Of a stretch of 64,000 nucleotides of DNA, positions 9,742 through 20,287 are shown in pieces. The stretch lies in contig JAFTPS010000013.1 in the NCBI GenBank assembly GCA_017463185.1, positions 3,826 to 67,825 on the forward strand, given 5' to 3'. Source of the stretch: Alphaproteobacteria bacterium. GTDB taxonomy: Bacteria; Pseudomonadota; Alphaproteobacteria; Rs-D84. Positions within the stretch are counted from its first letter, which is position 1; each line of letters opens with the position of its first letter. A model generated the notes under the pieces. It did not search any database. It was not told the DNA's origin and worked only from the letters and a program-made list of their open reading frames with translations. Both the position numbers and the translations under genes were made by a program.

Positions 9742-9766
9742 ATCCCGCCATTGGCGGGATTTTTTT
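9742..9766 (+). terminator. Rho-independent terminator (ATCCCGCCATTGGCGGGAT plus T7).
   Basis: Member of the stereotyped AAAATCCCNCC...GGNGGGATTTTT family. Confidence 0.65.
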
Positions 9767-9767
9767 C

Positions 9768-9809
9768 AGTGGTTAGTGTAAGTGGTTAGTGAATAGTGGC
9801 GGAATACAT
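9768..9809 (+). repeat. GTGGTTAGTG-family dispersed repeat, copy B (gene-less copy).
   Basis: AGTGGTTAGTGTAAGTGGTTAGTGAATAGTGGCGGAATACAT. 38/42 identical to 2958-2999, including the GGAATACAT tail. Confidence 0.7.
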
Positions 9810-9834
9810 AAAAAGTTATTAGTGTTTTGTTATT

Positions 9835-9892
9835 ATAATGTGTGATACGACCATCAACACTGGCATAAAATTAAAATCGCCACAGGGGCGAT
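9835..9892 (+). repeat. 58-bp direct repeat, copy 1.
   Basis: TATAATGTGTGATACGACCATCAACACTGGCATAAAATTAAAATCGCCACAGGGGCGAT. Repeated at 9992-10049 with 1-2 mismatches. Confidence 0.75.
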
Positions 9893-9991
9893 AAAAATGT
9901 GTCGTGCCTGGGCTGTAATTCCCACCACTTTGTGGCGGGCCCCTTTCACTTCGCGTGCAAGCACGCCTCGTTCCGAACCACACATTATTGC

Positions 9992-10049
9992 ATAATGTAT
10001 GATACGACCATCAACACTGGCATAAAATTAAAATCGCCACAGGGGCGAT
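9992..10049 (+). repeat. 58-bp direct repeat, copy 2, abutting the 3' end of tRNA-Pro.
   Basis: Near-identical to 9835-9892. Ends 10 nt from the tRNA-Pro CCA end. Confidence 0.75.
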
Positions 10050-10059
10050 TTGAATTTTA

Positions 10060-10136
<77 letters not shown>

Positions 10137-10266
10137 TTAAACAATGCGGACCTGATTATGCAATTAAAATTTATAAAAATCAATCTTTTTTGTTGAATTT
10201 TTCCCTTGTATTTTTGCCTTTATCGCACCATATTTATCTTTGCATACAACAAAAAAAGGAATAAAT

Positions 10267-11946
10267 ATGTTTGCATTACGTTTTTTACAAAAAAATAAAT
10301 TTGATAATTATGATGATTATCGTAAAAACGCAACGCCAACTGTTCCTGATAACTTTAACTTTGCGTATGATGTTATTGACGTTATGGCAGACGAGACGCC
10401 AGACAAAGTTGCATTGTTATGGGTCAACGACAGTGGTGAAAAGAAATCAATCACATTTAAGGCTTTGTCACGAATGTCAAATGCTGTGGCGAATTTTTTA
10501 AGTGCGCGTGGTTTGAAAAAGGGTGACACGGTTTTATTATTTTTGCGTCGTCGGTGGGAATATTGGGTTTTGATGATGGCGATGCATAAATTGGGGGTAA
10601 TTCCAATTCCGTCAACCAATCAATTAAAGGCCGAGGATATTGAATATCGTATTGATACCGCGGGTGCACGTGCAATTATTGCGTTTGATGATGGTATGGT
10701 TGTCGGAGAAATCAAATCTGCCATTGGGGACCGTGATGTCCAGCTGATTGACTGTGCCGAGATTTCAGACGCAGCCGAAAATGGAAATCCGAAATTGGAA
10801 CGCGTGCCGAATGAAACATTGGATACTATGGTGATTTATTTCACCAGTGGCACAACCGATTTACCAAAAATGGTGGCGCATAATTTTGCATATCCATTGG
10901 GACATATCAATACGGCTGTGTTCTGGCAAAGATTGACGGATGATGATATTCACTTTACATTGTCTGAGTCAGGTTGGGCAAAATGTTCGTGGGGTAAAAT
11001 GTATGGCCAGTGGTTGGCAGGTGCGACTGTGTTTGTGTTTGATTTCAGTCGTGTGTTTACTGCGCACGATTTGTTGACCGCAATTGCAGAAAATCGTGTG
11101 ACGTCGTTCTGTGCGCCGCCGACCGCGTATAAAATGATTATTCATGCGGATATGAGTAAATATGACCTGTCGTCGTTAAAGAAAGCCGATATTGCGGGTG
11201 AAGCCCTGAATCCAGAAGTTTATGAACGTTTCCTGGAAAAGACCGGTATCAAGATGCGCGAAGGTTTTGGTCAGACAGAAACCTGTGTAATGTTGTTTAA
11301 CAATGAATGGATTGAACCAAAACCAGGGTCTATGGGTATGCCTGCGGCCGGTTGGGATGTTCAATTATTGGATGAACGTGGTCGTCCGGTTGCTGATGGT
11401 ACGGTGGGTGAAATCTGTGTTTGCCTGAAAGATTCACGTCCGATCGGATTGTTCCAGGGGTATCACAAAAATGAAAAACTGACCGCGGCGGCATATCGCG
11501 ATGGTTATTATCATACGGGTGATGTCGCATACCGTGATGCGGATGGGTATTTCTGGTTCGTGGGGCGCAATGATGATTTGATTAAAAGTTGTGGATATCG
11601 TATCAGTCCGTTTGAGGTGGAAAGTGTTCTGTTGGAACATCCCGCCGTCCGCGAGGTTGCCGTCACCGGTGTTCCCGACGCGGCCCGTGGTCAGGCGGTT
11701 AAAGCAACCATTGTTTTGAATAAATATTTTCAGCCGACTGATGTTGTAATGCGTCAATTACAGGACCATGTAAAATCCCGCACGGCGCATTATAAATGTC
11801 CGCGTGTGATAGAATTTGTGGACAGCCTGCCGATGACTATCAGTGGGAAAATTCGTCGTGCGTTGATTCGCACCCTGGACAGTGCCAAGGAAACAATCGT
11901 TGACCCAGTTAAAAATACGATTGGCCTGGGCAAGAAAGAGGAATAA
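10267..11946 (+). CDS. AMP-dependent acyl-CoA synthetase/ligase (medium-chain type).
   Basis: AMP-binding motifs YFTSGTTDLPKMV, GEICV, YHTGDVAYRDADGYFWFVGRNDDLIK and the terminal SGKIRR. AAGGA ribosome-binding site 8 nt upstream of the 10267 ATG. Confidence 0.85.
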   Translation: MFALRFLQKNKFDNYDDYRKNATPTVPDNFNFAYDVIDVMADETPDKVALLWVNDSGEKKSITFKALSRMSNAVANFLSARGLKKGDTVLLFLRRRWEYWVLMMAMHKLGVIPIPSTNQLKAEDIEYRIDTAGARAIIAFDDGMVVGEIKSAIGDRDVQLIDCAEISDAAENGNPKLERVPNETLDTMVIYFTSGTTDLPKMVAHNFAYPLGHINTAVFWQRLTDDDIHFTLSESGWAKCSWGKMYGQWLAGATVFVFDFSRVFTAHDLLTAIAENRVTSFCAPPTAYKMIIHADMSKYDLSSLKKADIAGEALNPEVYERFLEKTGIKMREGFGQTETCVMLFNNEWIEPKPGSMGMPAAGWDVQLLDERGRPVADGTVGEICVCLKDSRPIGLFQGYHKNEKLTAAAYRDGYYHTGDVAYRDADGYFWFVGRNDDLIKSCGYRISPFEVESVLLEHPAVREVAVTGVPDAARGQAVKATIVLNKYFQPTDVVMRQLQDHVKSRTAHYKCPRVIEFVDSLPMTISGKIRRALIRTLDSAKETIVDPVKNTIGLGKKEE

Positions 11947-11947
11947 A

Positions 11948-11969
11948 ATCCCCCATTTGGGGGATTTTT
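11948..11969 (+). terminator. Rho-independent terminator (ATCCCCCATTTGGGGGAT plus T-run).
   Basis: Same stereotyped family. Confidence 0.6.
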
Positions 11970-12105
11970 ACTAGTGAATGCTGAACAGTGAAAATGGAAT
12001 TTATAAAATATCGTCATATCAGCGCGGGCCTCTATCCACTAACGACTCGCCACTAATTTTATTTGTGGTTGCAATTTGGCTTTGTTTTGTAATAATCCAT
12101 ACACT

Positions 12106-13125
12106 ATGGCACGCAAGAGAGAGATTTTTCCAATTCGCGTTTTAATTCAGATGATAGTTATTCCGGTGCTGATTATAGTGATTGCGCTGGGGTATATGTT
12201 TTGTGTTCAATCAACGGTTAAAAACGATTCTGTGTACAGTATTTCCCGTGGTGATACCGTGTCGGGGACGGCGACGCAATTAGTGCGGCGTGGGTTGGTC
12301 GATTCGGAACAGGTTTTCAAAATGTCAGTGCGCCTGAATGGTGGTCAGATTCAAAGTGGTGAATATGATATACCTGCCGGGGCCAGTAGTTGGCACATTG
12401 CGCGTATGTTTGCACAGGGCGATGTTGCCGCCACAACGGTCGTTATACCAGAGGGCTTGACCATAATCCAAATTAAAAATTTATTGTTAAATGCGCCTGG
12501 GTTGTCTGGTGGGGTTGAATGCGCGGCGGACAATATGGCATTGGTGTGTGGTCTGCGCGATGGTGATATTTTCCCGGATACTTATCGTGTGGCAAAGGGG
12601 ACTGCGCGTTTGGCGGTGCTGGAACTGGCGCGTAAAAAAATGGTTTCTGTTAAAGAAGCGTGGGGAAAAACGAATCGCAGATTGCCAAAACCACTGCGGG
12701 ATTGGAATGATGTTATAACATTGGCGTCTATTGTTCAGAAAGAAACACCCCAGGCGCGTGAAATGCCAATTGTTGCCAGTGTTTATTTGAACCGCTTGAA
12801 TAAAGGGATGCGTTTGCAAGCCGACCCGACCGTTGTTTATGCTTTGACGGGCGGTCTGGGGGATATGCAGGGGGCACCACTGTTGCGGGGGCATCTTAAA
12901 ATTGAAAGTCCTTATAATACATATAGAAATGCTGGTTTGCCACCAGCACCAATTGCTAATGTGGGCCAGAATGCGATTCGTGCTGTGTTAAATCCTGCAG
13001 ATACAAATTATTTGTTTTTTGTTGCCGACGGGCAGGGTGGGCATAAGTTCGCACGCGACTATGAAACGCATATGAAAAATCATAATGACTGGCGTGTAAT
13101 AAAAAAAATAAAAAATAAAAATTGA
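12106..13125 (+). CDS. mltG: Endolytic murein transglycosylase MltG (YceG-like).
   Basis: N-terminal TM anchor, then the YceG-like domain with ...YLNRL... and AGLPPAPIANVG signature. The ATG at 12106 is preferred over the TTG at 12076. Confidence 0.75.
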   Translation: MARKREIFPIRVLIQMIVIPVLIIVIALGYMFCVQSTVKNDSVYSISRGDTVSGTATQLVRRGLVDSEQVFKMSVRLNGGQIQSGEYDIPAGASSWHIARMFAQGDVAATTVVIPEGLTIIQIKNLLLNAPGLSGGVECAADNMALVCGLRDGDIFPDTYRVAKGTARLAVLELARKKMVSVKEAWGKTNRRLPKPLRDWNDVITLASIVQKETPQAREMPIVASVYLNRLNKGMRLQADPTVVYALTGGLGDMQGAPLLRGHLKIESPYNTYRNAGLPPAPIANVGQNAIRAVLNPADTNYLFFVADGQGGHKFARDYETHMKNHNDWRVIKKIKNKN

Positions 13126-13382
13126 AAAACCGTCACTTGATTAAAAATAATAATTATTAAAAAGTATAACGAATTATAACAAATCTAAAAAATACCCAGG
13201 AAATCTGGGCGTTTGAAAATATTATGGGATTAAAATCCGATTCGCGTACGCGTGGGATAGTATCATATTTTTTTGGGTTTTGCAAAAATCTTTGGTGTTG
13301 CGGGCGGGATTTTGGTCCTGGTAAAATTGTAATAACTAGACCAAAAGCATCTAGTGGTTTAATCTTAACGAAAGGAAAGAAT

Positions 13383-14168
13383 ATGAAAAAATTAGCTTTA
13401 ACATCTTTATTGGCTGTATTTGCGGTATCTGGTGCACACGCGGCAAACATTATTGATGGTAATCCATTATACCGCCCAGGTGAAGGTCGTTTTTACAGCA
13501 ATTTTGCGGTAGAATCGCATTCAGAGGCAATTGAAGATTGGGGCATTACCGAAGAATTTGGCTATGGTATTACAAATGATTTGGCTGTATTTATGAAGAC
13601 AGGGGTGTCAGAAGCAGAAGGCTTTGATGCAATGTCTTGGGATGAATTTACAGTTGGATTAAATTATCGTGCGATTGATATGGGCAACTGGAAAGCTGAT
13701 GTGTATGGCGTGTACAGTTTGGACCCTGTATGGGGCGACCATGTTCCATTCTTGGACAAAGATATGACGGAATATACATGGACGTTAGGTATTCGTGGTG
13801 GTTATGTCGGTGAAGGTTGGACATTGGCCGGACATGTAGACTTTGACTATCTGAACAGCGAATCGTTCAACTGGGGTGACGATGGTATGCATAAATTGAG
13901 TGTCGGTGTTGATGGTCAGTTGGTGCTGTGTCCAAAATGGAACCTGATTGCAGGGGTTGAATATACCGGTGTTCTGGATGATGAAACACCAGCAGGTATT
14001 GAAATCAAAGACGCTGGTAAATGGACCGGTAAATTTGGCGCCAACTATAACCTGGACGAAACAAAATACATTGGTGCATATGTCATGGGTGAAATGGAAC
14101 ATTCTACCGGTGATTGGGAATGGGTTGATGGATTTGGGTTTGGTGTCAACTTTGGCATTGAATTCTAA
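13383..14168 (+). CDS. Outer-membrane beta-barrel protein (porin or Omp-like).
   Basis: Signal peptide MKKLALTSLLAVFAVSGAHA. Alternating amphipathic beta-strand pattern rich in Y/W/G. C-terminal ...GFGFGVNFGIEF ends in Phe as in OMPs. The upstream part of the ORF-track frame (13224-13382) is rejected. Confidence 0.6.
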   Translation: MKKLALTSLLAVFAVSGAHAANIIDGNPLYRPGEGRFYSNFAVESHSEAIEDWGITEEFGYGITNDLAVFMKTGVSEAEGFDAMSWDEFTVGLNYRAIDMGNWKADVYGVYSLDPVWGDHVPFLDKDMTEYTWTLGIRGGYVGEGWTLAGHVDFDYLNSESFNWGDDGMHKLSVGVDGQLVLCPKWNLIAGVEYTGVLDDETPAGIEIKDAGKWTGKFGANYNLDETKYIGAYVMGEMEHSTGDWEWVDGFGFGVNFGIEF

Positions 14169-14200
14169 AAATAAAATCTAATGGCGTGTCTGCGTCAAAG

Positions 14201-14246
14201 AACCGCAACCTTATGTGTATATTGTACACTGTGGTTGCGGTTTTTG
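14201..14246 (+). terminator. Rho-independent terminator (AACCGCAACC...GGTTGCGGTT plus T5) after the OMP gene.
   Basis: 9-bp stem, 22-nt loop, T-run. Confidence 0.55.
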
Positions 14247-14339
14247 TTTGCTGCTTTCTTTTGAATTTTTTACTAGTGCCGGATGCCGTGTACACCGACC
14301 GCTCTAAATTATTTTTATTTATTTTCCCAAGGCAGCGGT

Positions 14340-14972
14340 TTAATTTGTATAATAGCAATTGTTGCTGAATTCATATGTGCCGCTGGTATCTTGTATGGAT
14401 TGTGCGGATGGTATATAGCAGGAAGTTATTGAAGTCGCGCCACCAGATGCGGTTGTGCCATATACATCGCCGGATGATGGACAACGTGCACAAGTATTGC
14501 CGTTTTTATAATAGCCTTGGTTGCAACTAAATGTTGTGCCGCCATCACAGGTTGCGTTACTGGGGCAAATTGTGCAGCCTGTGGATGAAGATGTGGGGCT
14601 GCCATAATATCCGGTTTCGCAGGTGTAATCCTGTATTGTGTATGTGGTGCATTCGGCTGGTGTGTTGTAATCCTCTTTTTCTGGGCAGGTCGTAAATTCA
14701 ATTACGCGCCAGTTTGATGTTATAACATGTGAAGAATAATTAGTTGTTGTGGATGTTGGAACACCGCGATAGGGTAGCCATTCTTCACATTCCATCATAC
14801 ATGGGTCGTCCATTGTATACCAACCGCCTGAATCATTGATTGGTTGGCAGGCGCTGACGTCTACATAAGCGCACGGATTTATTGGGTAAAGGTTGGAATA
14901 TTGAGCGTATATGTTTTTTGTTGTAATACAGGCAATGCAAATATACGCACTTGTGATAATTTTTTTGTTCAT
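14340..14972 (-). CDS. Cysteine-rich secreted protein with C-x2-G-Y-Y repeat modules.
   Basis: Signal peptide MNKKIITSAYICIACITTKNIYA. About 26 Cys. Repeats CETGYYGSPTSSSTGCTIC and CNQGYYKNGNTCARC use the same module as the 1098-aa protein at 32840-36136. Confidence 0.55.
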   Translation of the reverse strand: MNKKIITSAYICIACITTKNIYAQYSNLYPINPCAYVDVSACQPINDSGGWYTMDDPCMMECEEWLPYRGVPTSTTTNYSSHVITSNWRVIEFTTCPEKEDYNTPAECTTYTIQDYTCETGYYGSPTSSSTGCTICPSNATCDGGTTFSCNQGYYKNGNTCARCPSSGDVYGTTASGGATSITSCYIPSAQSIQDTSGTYEFSNNCYYTN

Positions 14973-15028
14973 TTGTTCTATCTCCTGTGTTTTTTGATTA
15001 AAAGCAAAAAACCGTCAATTTTTTTGAC

Positions 15029-15107
15029 GGTCAGGAGGTTAGTAACAATCCATAGAATTGCGTGCTTATTTATGTATATCGCAACCCTCCTGACCGATGG
15101 TCAGGAG
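15029..15107. promoter_or_regulatory. Palindromic operator-like motif upstream of the Cys-rich gene: half-site GGTCAGGAGG at 15029-15038, full palindrome CCTCCTGACC-GAT-GGTCAGGAG at 15087-15107.
   Basis: Perfect 9-bp inverted repeat with a 3-bp spacer. The same palindrome recurs at 44481-44502 upstream of another secreted-protein operon. Confidence 0.5.
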
Positions 15108-15373
15108 ATTTTTTCGTCACAGACAATAAAAAAAGACGCGTTTTTGCGCCATTTTAAGTCTTGTTTGTTGACGCTATGGCAGAGGTTACTACGCCTCATC
15201 GTCAGAATACCTGACGACGTTTCTATTCTATCAAATCAAGTTTTTTTATGCAATATTGAATTTAACAAGGGATGTTGTACGGATTAAAAATTTGTCATTG
15301 TTGTGAGTAGGGTAAAATCCTAATTTTTCGCGCTTTTCAAGCGGAAATCTTATATTTTTTTCCTAGTTTTTTC

Positions 15374-15402
15374 TTGACAATGCGGGGGGCTGAGTTTATA
15401 GT
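15374..15402 (+). promoter_or_regulatory. Sigma70-type promoter of the str operon (TTGACA-17-TATAGT).
   Basis: Consensus -35 at 15374-15379, 17-nt spacer, -10 at 15397-15402, about 150 nt upstream of rpsL. Confidence 0.6.
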
Positions 15403-15554
15403 ATGTTCGCTTTCCGTGTAAATAAGGAAGGTATAAAATACAGAAACCGCTTTGATTTTACAGATTTATAATCCGGCGTTAAGTCGTTGAAATAAGTCTG
15501 ATAGGCGGGGTTTGTGCAGACTAAAAAACGAGTAGAAAAACAAAGAGATTTTGA

Positions 15555-15926
15555 ATGCCAACAGTAAATCAACTGATTCGGAAACCTCGTAAAAAAGTCG
15601 TAGTGAAAAGCACTGCGCCTGATATGATGGAAAACCCACAGAAACGTGGGGTTTGCACTCGTGTTTATACGACGACTCCGAAAAAACCTAACTCGGCGCA
15701 GCGTAAGGTTGCCCGTGTAAAACTGGCAAACGGCCGCGAAGTAACTGCTTATATTCCTGGCGAAGGTCATAACCTGCAGGAACACAGCGTTGTTATGATT
15801 CGTGGTGGTCGTGTAAAGGACTTGCCTGGTGTTAAATATCACATTATCCGCGGTGTTTTGGATACCAAGGGTGTGGATGCACGTAAACAGGGTCGTTCTT
15901 TGTATGGTGCCAAAACCAAGAAATAA
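15555..15926 (+). CDS. rpsL: 30S ribosomal protein S12.
   Basis: [14 protein letters not shown] ... [11 protein letters not shown] ... [30 protein letters not shown]. Confidence 0.97.
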   Translation: MPTVNQLIRKPRKKVVVKSTAPDMMENPQKRGVCTRVYTTTPKKPNSAQRKVARVKLANGREVTAYIPGEGHNLQEHSVVMIRGGRVKDLPGVKYHIIRGVLDTKGVDARKQGRSLYGAKTKK

Positions 15927-16000
15927 TAAAAAATAACCACACGTATGTAATGTACGTGAGTAATTCGCACATGCGGATGAAGTGAAAAAGGAAAATAAAT

Positions 16001-16477
16001 ATGTCAAGACGTAAAGCTGCAACTAAACGTGAAATCTTGCCAGATTCCAAATATAATAATCTGGTTGTTGCAAAGTGTATAAATGTTGTTATGTGGGACG
16101 GCAAAAAAGAAGTTGCCGAAAACATCGTATATGGCGCATTGGATAAATTAAAAACATTGGCCAAAGATGGTAAAAGTGAATTGGATATGTTCCTGGAAGC
16201 GGTTGATGCTTTGAAACCATCAGTAGAGGTCAAAGGTCGTCGTGTAGGTGGTGCAACATATCAGGTCCCGGTTGAGGTAAGACCGGCGCGTCAGCAAACA
16301 ATGGCCCTGCGTTGGTTGGTTATGTTTGCGCGTAAACGTGGTGAACGCAGCATGGAAGACAGACTGTTTGGCGAATTGCGTGATGCCTTGAATGGTCAGG
16401 GGGGCGCATTTAAAAAGAAAATTGACACACATAAAATGGCAGAAGCGAACAAGGCGTTTGCTCACTTCCGCTGGTAA
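16001..16477 (+). CDS. rpsG: 30S ribosomal protein S7.
   Basis: [18 protein letters not shown] ... ending KAFAHFRW. Confidence 0.97.
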   Translation: MSRRKAATKREILPDSKYNNLVVAKCINVVMWDGKKEVAENIVYGALDKLKTLAKDGKSELDMFLEAVDALKPSVEVKGRRVGGATYQVPVEVRPARQQTMALRWLVMFARKRGERSMEDRLFGELRDALNGQGGAFKKKIDTHKMAEANKAFAHFRW

Positions 16478-16504
16478 TAAAAACAAAGGCAAAGGAAAGA
16501 TACA

Positions 16505-18586
16505 ATGTCAGTCGGAAAAACCGCACCTTTACATATGTACCGCAATATCGGCATTATGGCCCATATTGACGCGGGTAAAACAACAACTTCTGAACGTATC
16601 TTGTTCTATACGGGTAAAACATACAAAATTGGTGAAGTGCACGATGGTGGTGCAACGATGGACTGGATGGCCCAGGAACAGGAGCGCGGTATTACAATTA
16701 CATCTGCAGCAACAACTTGCTTTTGGCGTGACCATCGTATCAATTTGATTGATACCCCGGGGCACGTGGACTTTACAATGGAAGTGGAACGTTCTTTGCG
16801 CGTTCTGGATGGTGCAGTTGCGGTTTTTGAATCTGTGTCCGGTGTTCAGCCACAAACAGAAACAGTATGGCGTCAGGCCGACCGTTATGCGGTTCCGCGT
16901 ATTTGCTTTGTAAATAAAATGGACCGTATTGGTGGTAATTTCTTCCGCTGTGTGGATATGATTCGTGAACGCTTGGGGGCAAATCCATTGGTTCTGAATT
17001 TCCCAATCGGTGCAGAATCTGATTTCCGTGGCGTCGTTGATGTTATTGAAATGAAGGGTATTGTCTGGGAAGATGATATGGGTAAAGAACCACATATTAT
17101 TGAAATTCCTGATGATTTGAAAGAAAAAGCCCAGGAACTGCACGACAAATTGATTGAAGAAGTCGTGACATTGGACGATGAAATTATGGAAGCATATATG
17201 GAAGGGAATGTTCCAGATACAGCGACCATTAAAAAATTGATTCGCAAAGGTACAATTGGCCAGAACTTTAACCCGATTTTGTGCGGTACCGCGTTTAAGA
17301 ACAAGGGCGTTCAGCCATTGTTGGATGCGATTGTAGATTACTTGCCAAGTCCATTGGATATTCCTGCTATTAAAGGTACAAAAATGGACGGTGAAACGGC
17401 CGATGAACGCAAGCCGGACGCCAAGGAACCATTTAGTGCATTGGCATTTAAGGTTGCAAACGATCCATTTGTTGGAAACTTGATGTTTATCCGTATTTAT
17501 TCTGGTAAATTGGTATCGGGTTCGTACATTTATAATTCCAACCGTGATAAACGTGAACGTGTTGGTCGTATGCTGTTGATGCATTCCAATAACCGCGAAG
17601 AAATCAAAGAAGCATCGGCTGGTGATATTATCACATTGGTTGGTATGAAAGAAACAATCACAGGGGATACACTGTGTGATGAATCTAGTCCAATCTTGCT
17701 GGAATCAATCCACGTACCAGAGCCGGTTATGAGCATCGCAGTTGAACCCAAGACCAAGGCGGACATTGAAAAAATGTCTTTGGGGTTGCAAGCGTTGGCC
17801 AAAGAAGACCCGTCGTTCCGTGTATCGGTTGACGAAGAATCTGGTCAGACGATTTTGTCGGGTGTTGGTGAATTGCACTTGGAAATTTTGGTTGACCGCC
17901 TGTTGCGTGAATTTAAAGTTGATGTGAACGTTGGTGAACCACGTATTGCATATCGCGAAGCTTTCCGCAAGCCGGTCACAGAAGAATATACACACAAAAA
18001 ACAGTCTGGTGGTTCTGGTCAGTATGCCCAGGTTAAAATTGAATTTGAACCATTGGAACCGGGCCAGGGCTATGAATTTGAAAACAAGATTGTTGGTGGT
18101 GCTGTTCCAAAAGAATACATCCCAGGTGTTGAAAAAGGTTTGAAGATAGCGCAACAGACAGGTGTTCTGATTGGCTATCCAACAGTGGATTTCAAGGCTA
18201 CATTGGTGGACGGTAAGTATCATGAAGTTGACTCTAATGTATTATGCTTTGAAATTGCGGCGCGTGCTTGCTTCCGCGAAGCGATGAAGAAAGCATCACC
18301 GAAATTGCTGGAACCGATTATGAAACTTTCGGTCAACACACCGGAAGAATACGTCGGTGACATCATTGGGGACTTGAACAGTCGTCGTGGTCAGATCAAT
18401 GGTATTGAAACACAATTCGGTAACCAATTGATTTCTGCGTATGTACCATTGGCAAATCTGTTTGGGTACGTAAAAACATTGCGTTCTTTGTCGCAGGGGC
18501 GTGCAAATCCGTATATGGAATTGTCACACTATGACGAAGTCCCGACAAACGTTGCTGACGAAGTAATCAAGAAGCTGACGAAATAA
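16505..18586 (+). CDS. fusA: Elongation factor G.
   Basis: 693 aa. [33 protein letters not shown], and all five EF-G domains recognisable. Confidence 0.97.
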   Translation: MSVGKTAPLHMYRNIGIMAHIDAGKTTTSERILFYTGKTYKIGEVHDGGATMDWMAQEQERGITITSAATTCFWRDHRINLIDTPGHVDFTMEVERSLRVLDGAVAVFESVSGVQPQTETVWRQADRYAVPRICFVNKMDRIGGNFFRCVDMIRERLGANPLVLNFPIGAESDFRGVVDVIEMKGIVWEDDMGKEPHIIEIPDDLKEKAQELHDKLIEEVVTLDDEIMEAYMEGNVPDTATIKKLIRKGTIGQNFNPILCGTAFKNKGVQPLLDAIVDYLPSPLDIPAIKGTKMDGETADERKPDAKEPFSALAFKVANDPFVGNLMFIRIYSGKLVSGSYIYNSNRDKRERVGRMLLMHSNNREEIKEASAGDIITLVGMKETITGDTLCDESSPILLESIHVPEPVMSIAVEPKTKADIEKMSLGLQALAKEDPSFRVSVDEESGQTILSGVGELHLEILVDRLLREFKVDVNVGEPRIAYREAFRKPVTEEYTHKKQSGGSGQYAQVKIEFEPLEPGQGYEFENKIVGGAVPKEYIPGVEKGLKIAQQTGVLIGYPTVDFKATLVDGKYHEVDSNVLCFEIAARACFREAMKKASPKLLEPIMKLSVNTPEEYVGDIIGDLNSRRGQINGIETQFGNQLISAYVPLANLFGYVKTLRSLSQGRANPYMELSHYDEVPTNVADEVIKKLTK

Positions 18587-18632
18587 ATAACAAGAGTTTT
18601 AAACTAACAAAAACAAGCCTAAGGAGAAAACT

Positions 18633-19820
18633 ATGGCAAAAGAAAAGTATGTAAGAAGCAAACCGCACGTCAATATTGGTACGATTGGTCACGTTGACCA
18701 CGGTAAAACAACATTGACTGCTGCTATTGTTCACTACTATGGTGTTGGTGCTGATGCTGCAAAGGGCGTTGACCAGATTGACAATGCACCAGAAGAAAAA
18801 CAGCGTGGTATTACAATCAACACTGCCCACGTTGAATACGAAACAGAAACACGCCACTATGCGCACGTTGACTGCCCAGGGCACGCGGACTATGTTAAAA
18901 ACATGATTACCGGTGCGGCACAGATGGACGGTGCTATCTTGGTTGTTGCGGCGACTGATGGTCCAATGCCTCAGACACGTGAACATATCCTGTTGGCACG
19001 CCAGGTTGGTATTCCAAAAATCGTTGTTTTTTTGAACAAATGTGATTTGGCAAATGACGCTGAATTGTTGGAATTGGTTGAGATGGAAATCCGTGAATTG
19101 TTGTCTGCAAATGACTTTGACGGTGATAATGCTCCAATTATCCGTGGTTCAGCTGTTTCTGCTGTTGAAGGCAAAAACGACGGTTTGGGTAAAGAATCCA
19201 TTGATGCTTTGTTGAAAGCATGTGATGAATACATCCCAATGCCAGAACGTCCAGTTGACAAACCATTCTTGATGCCAATTGAAGACGTGTTCTCTATCAC
19301 AGGTCGTGGTACAGTGGTCACAGGTCGTGTAGAATCTGGTGTTATCAAAGTTGGTGACGAATGTGAAATCGTTGGTCTGCGTCCAACACAGAAAACAACA
19401 GTTACTGGCGTTGAAATGTTCCGCAAATTGCTGGATCAGGGTGAAGCCGGTGATAACGTAGGTTTGTTGTTGCGTGGTACCAAGAAAGAAGATGTAGAAC
19501 GTGGTCAGATTATCTGCAAACCAGGTTCCATCACACCACACACAGACTTTGAAGCTGAAGTTTATATCTTGACGAAAGAAGAAGGTGGCCGTCATACAGC
19601 ATTCTTCTCTAACTATCGTCCACAGTTCTTCTTCAGCACAACAGACGTAACTGGTACAATTACTTTGCCAGCAGACAAAGAAATGGTTCTGCCTGGTGAC
19701 AACGTTCGTATCACAGTGCAGTTGATTGCACCTATTGCTATGGACGAAGGTCGTCGCTTTGCTATCCGTGAAGGCGGACGCACAGTTGGTGCAGGTGTTG
19801 TATCAAAAATCATTAAATAA
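18633..19820 (+). CDS. tuf: Elongation factor Tu.
   Basis: 395 aa. [27 protein letters not shown]. Confidence 0.98.
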   Translation: MAKEKYVRSKPHVNIGTIGHVDHGKTTLTAAIVHYYGVGADAAKGVDQIDNAPEEKQRGITINTAHVEYETETRHYAHVDCPGHADYVKNMITGAAQMDGAILVVAATDGPMPQTREHILLARQVGIPKIVVFLNKCDLANDAELLELVEMEIRELLSANDFDGDNAPIIRGSAVSAVEGKNDGLGKESIDALLKACDEYIPMPERPVDKPFLMPIEDVFSITGRGTVVTGRVESGVIKVGDECEIVGLRPTQKTTVTGVEMFRKLLDQGEAGDNVGLLLRGTKKEDVERGQIICKPGSITPHTDFEAEVYILTKEEGGRHTAFFSNYRPQFFFSTTDVTGTITLPADKEMVLPGDNVRITVQLIAPIAMDEGRRFAIREGGRTVGAGVVSKIIK

Positions 19821-19896
19821 TTAAACAGTCGTGGGCGGTGTAACTGAATTAAAAGTGTCAGTGATTACCGCCCAGACAACTATAAGGAAACGAATA

Positions 19897-20208
19897 ATGG
19901 TACCTGCATCTAAAATTCGCATCAAGTTGACGGCATTTGACCACAGAGTCTTGATGGAATCGGTAGAAGAAATCGTTAAAACAGCCAAGCGCACCGGCGC
20001 AGATGTCGTTGGGCCAGTTCGCTTGCCGACACTGATTCAAAAATTTACGGTAAACCGTTCACCACACGTTGATAAAAAATCACGCGAACAATTTGAAATC
20101 CGCAATCATAAAGCGGTCGTAGATATTGTGAACCCAACCCCTCAGACAGTAGATGCCTTGATGAAGTTGGATTTGGCGTCCGGTGTAGATGTAAAAATTA
20201 AATTATAA
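19897..20208 (+). CDS. rpsJ: 30S ribosomal protein S10.
   Basis: [23 protein letters not shown]... Internal ATG chosen over the ORF-track start at 19831. Confidence 0.93.
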   Translation: MVPASKIRIKLTAFDHRVLMESVEEIVKTAKRTGADVVGPVRLPTLIQKFTVNRSPHVDKKSREQFEIRNHKAVVDIVNPTPQTVDALMKLDLASGVDVKIKL

Positions 20209-20287
20209 AAAAATAATAAACTGTTAGTGTTGGTGGGGAAGTATTCTGAGCCCCGCTAACCTCTGACATAAACAAAGGCATAAAAAA

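Noticed and set aside
13224-13382. Upstream extension of the OMP ORF (MGLKSDSRTRG...)
   Set aside because: A classic signal peptide begins at the internal ATG at 13383. The upstream extension is not hydrophobic or leader-like and lies in an AT-rich intergenic region.
14844-15287. 147-aa ORF upstream of rpsL overlapping the palindromic motifs
   Set aside because: It is antisense and overlapping the start of the Cys-rich gene, and crosses obvious regulatory hairpins. No ribosome-binding site. Judged to be a non-coding promoter region.
16529-17584. 351-aa ORF on the minus strand overlapping fusA, with similar antisense ORFs inside tuf, rplB, etc.
   Set aside because: Shadow ORFs opposite highly expressed, strongly conserved genes. 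They are compositionally odd (Cys/His/Asn/Phe-rich) and have no independent start or terminator context.
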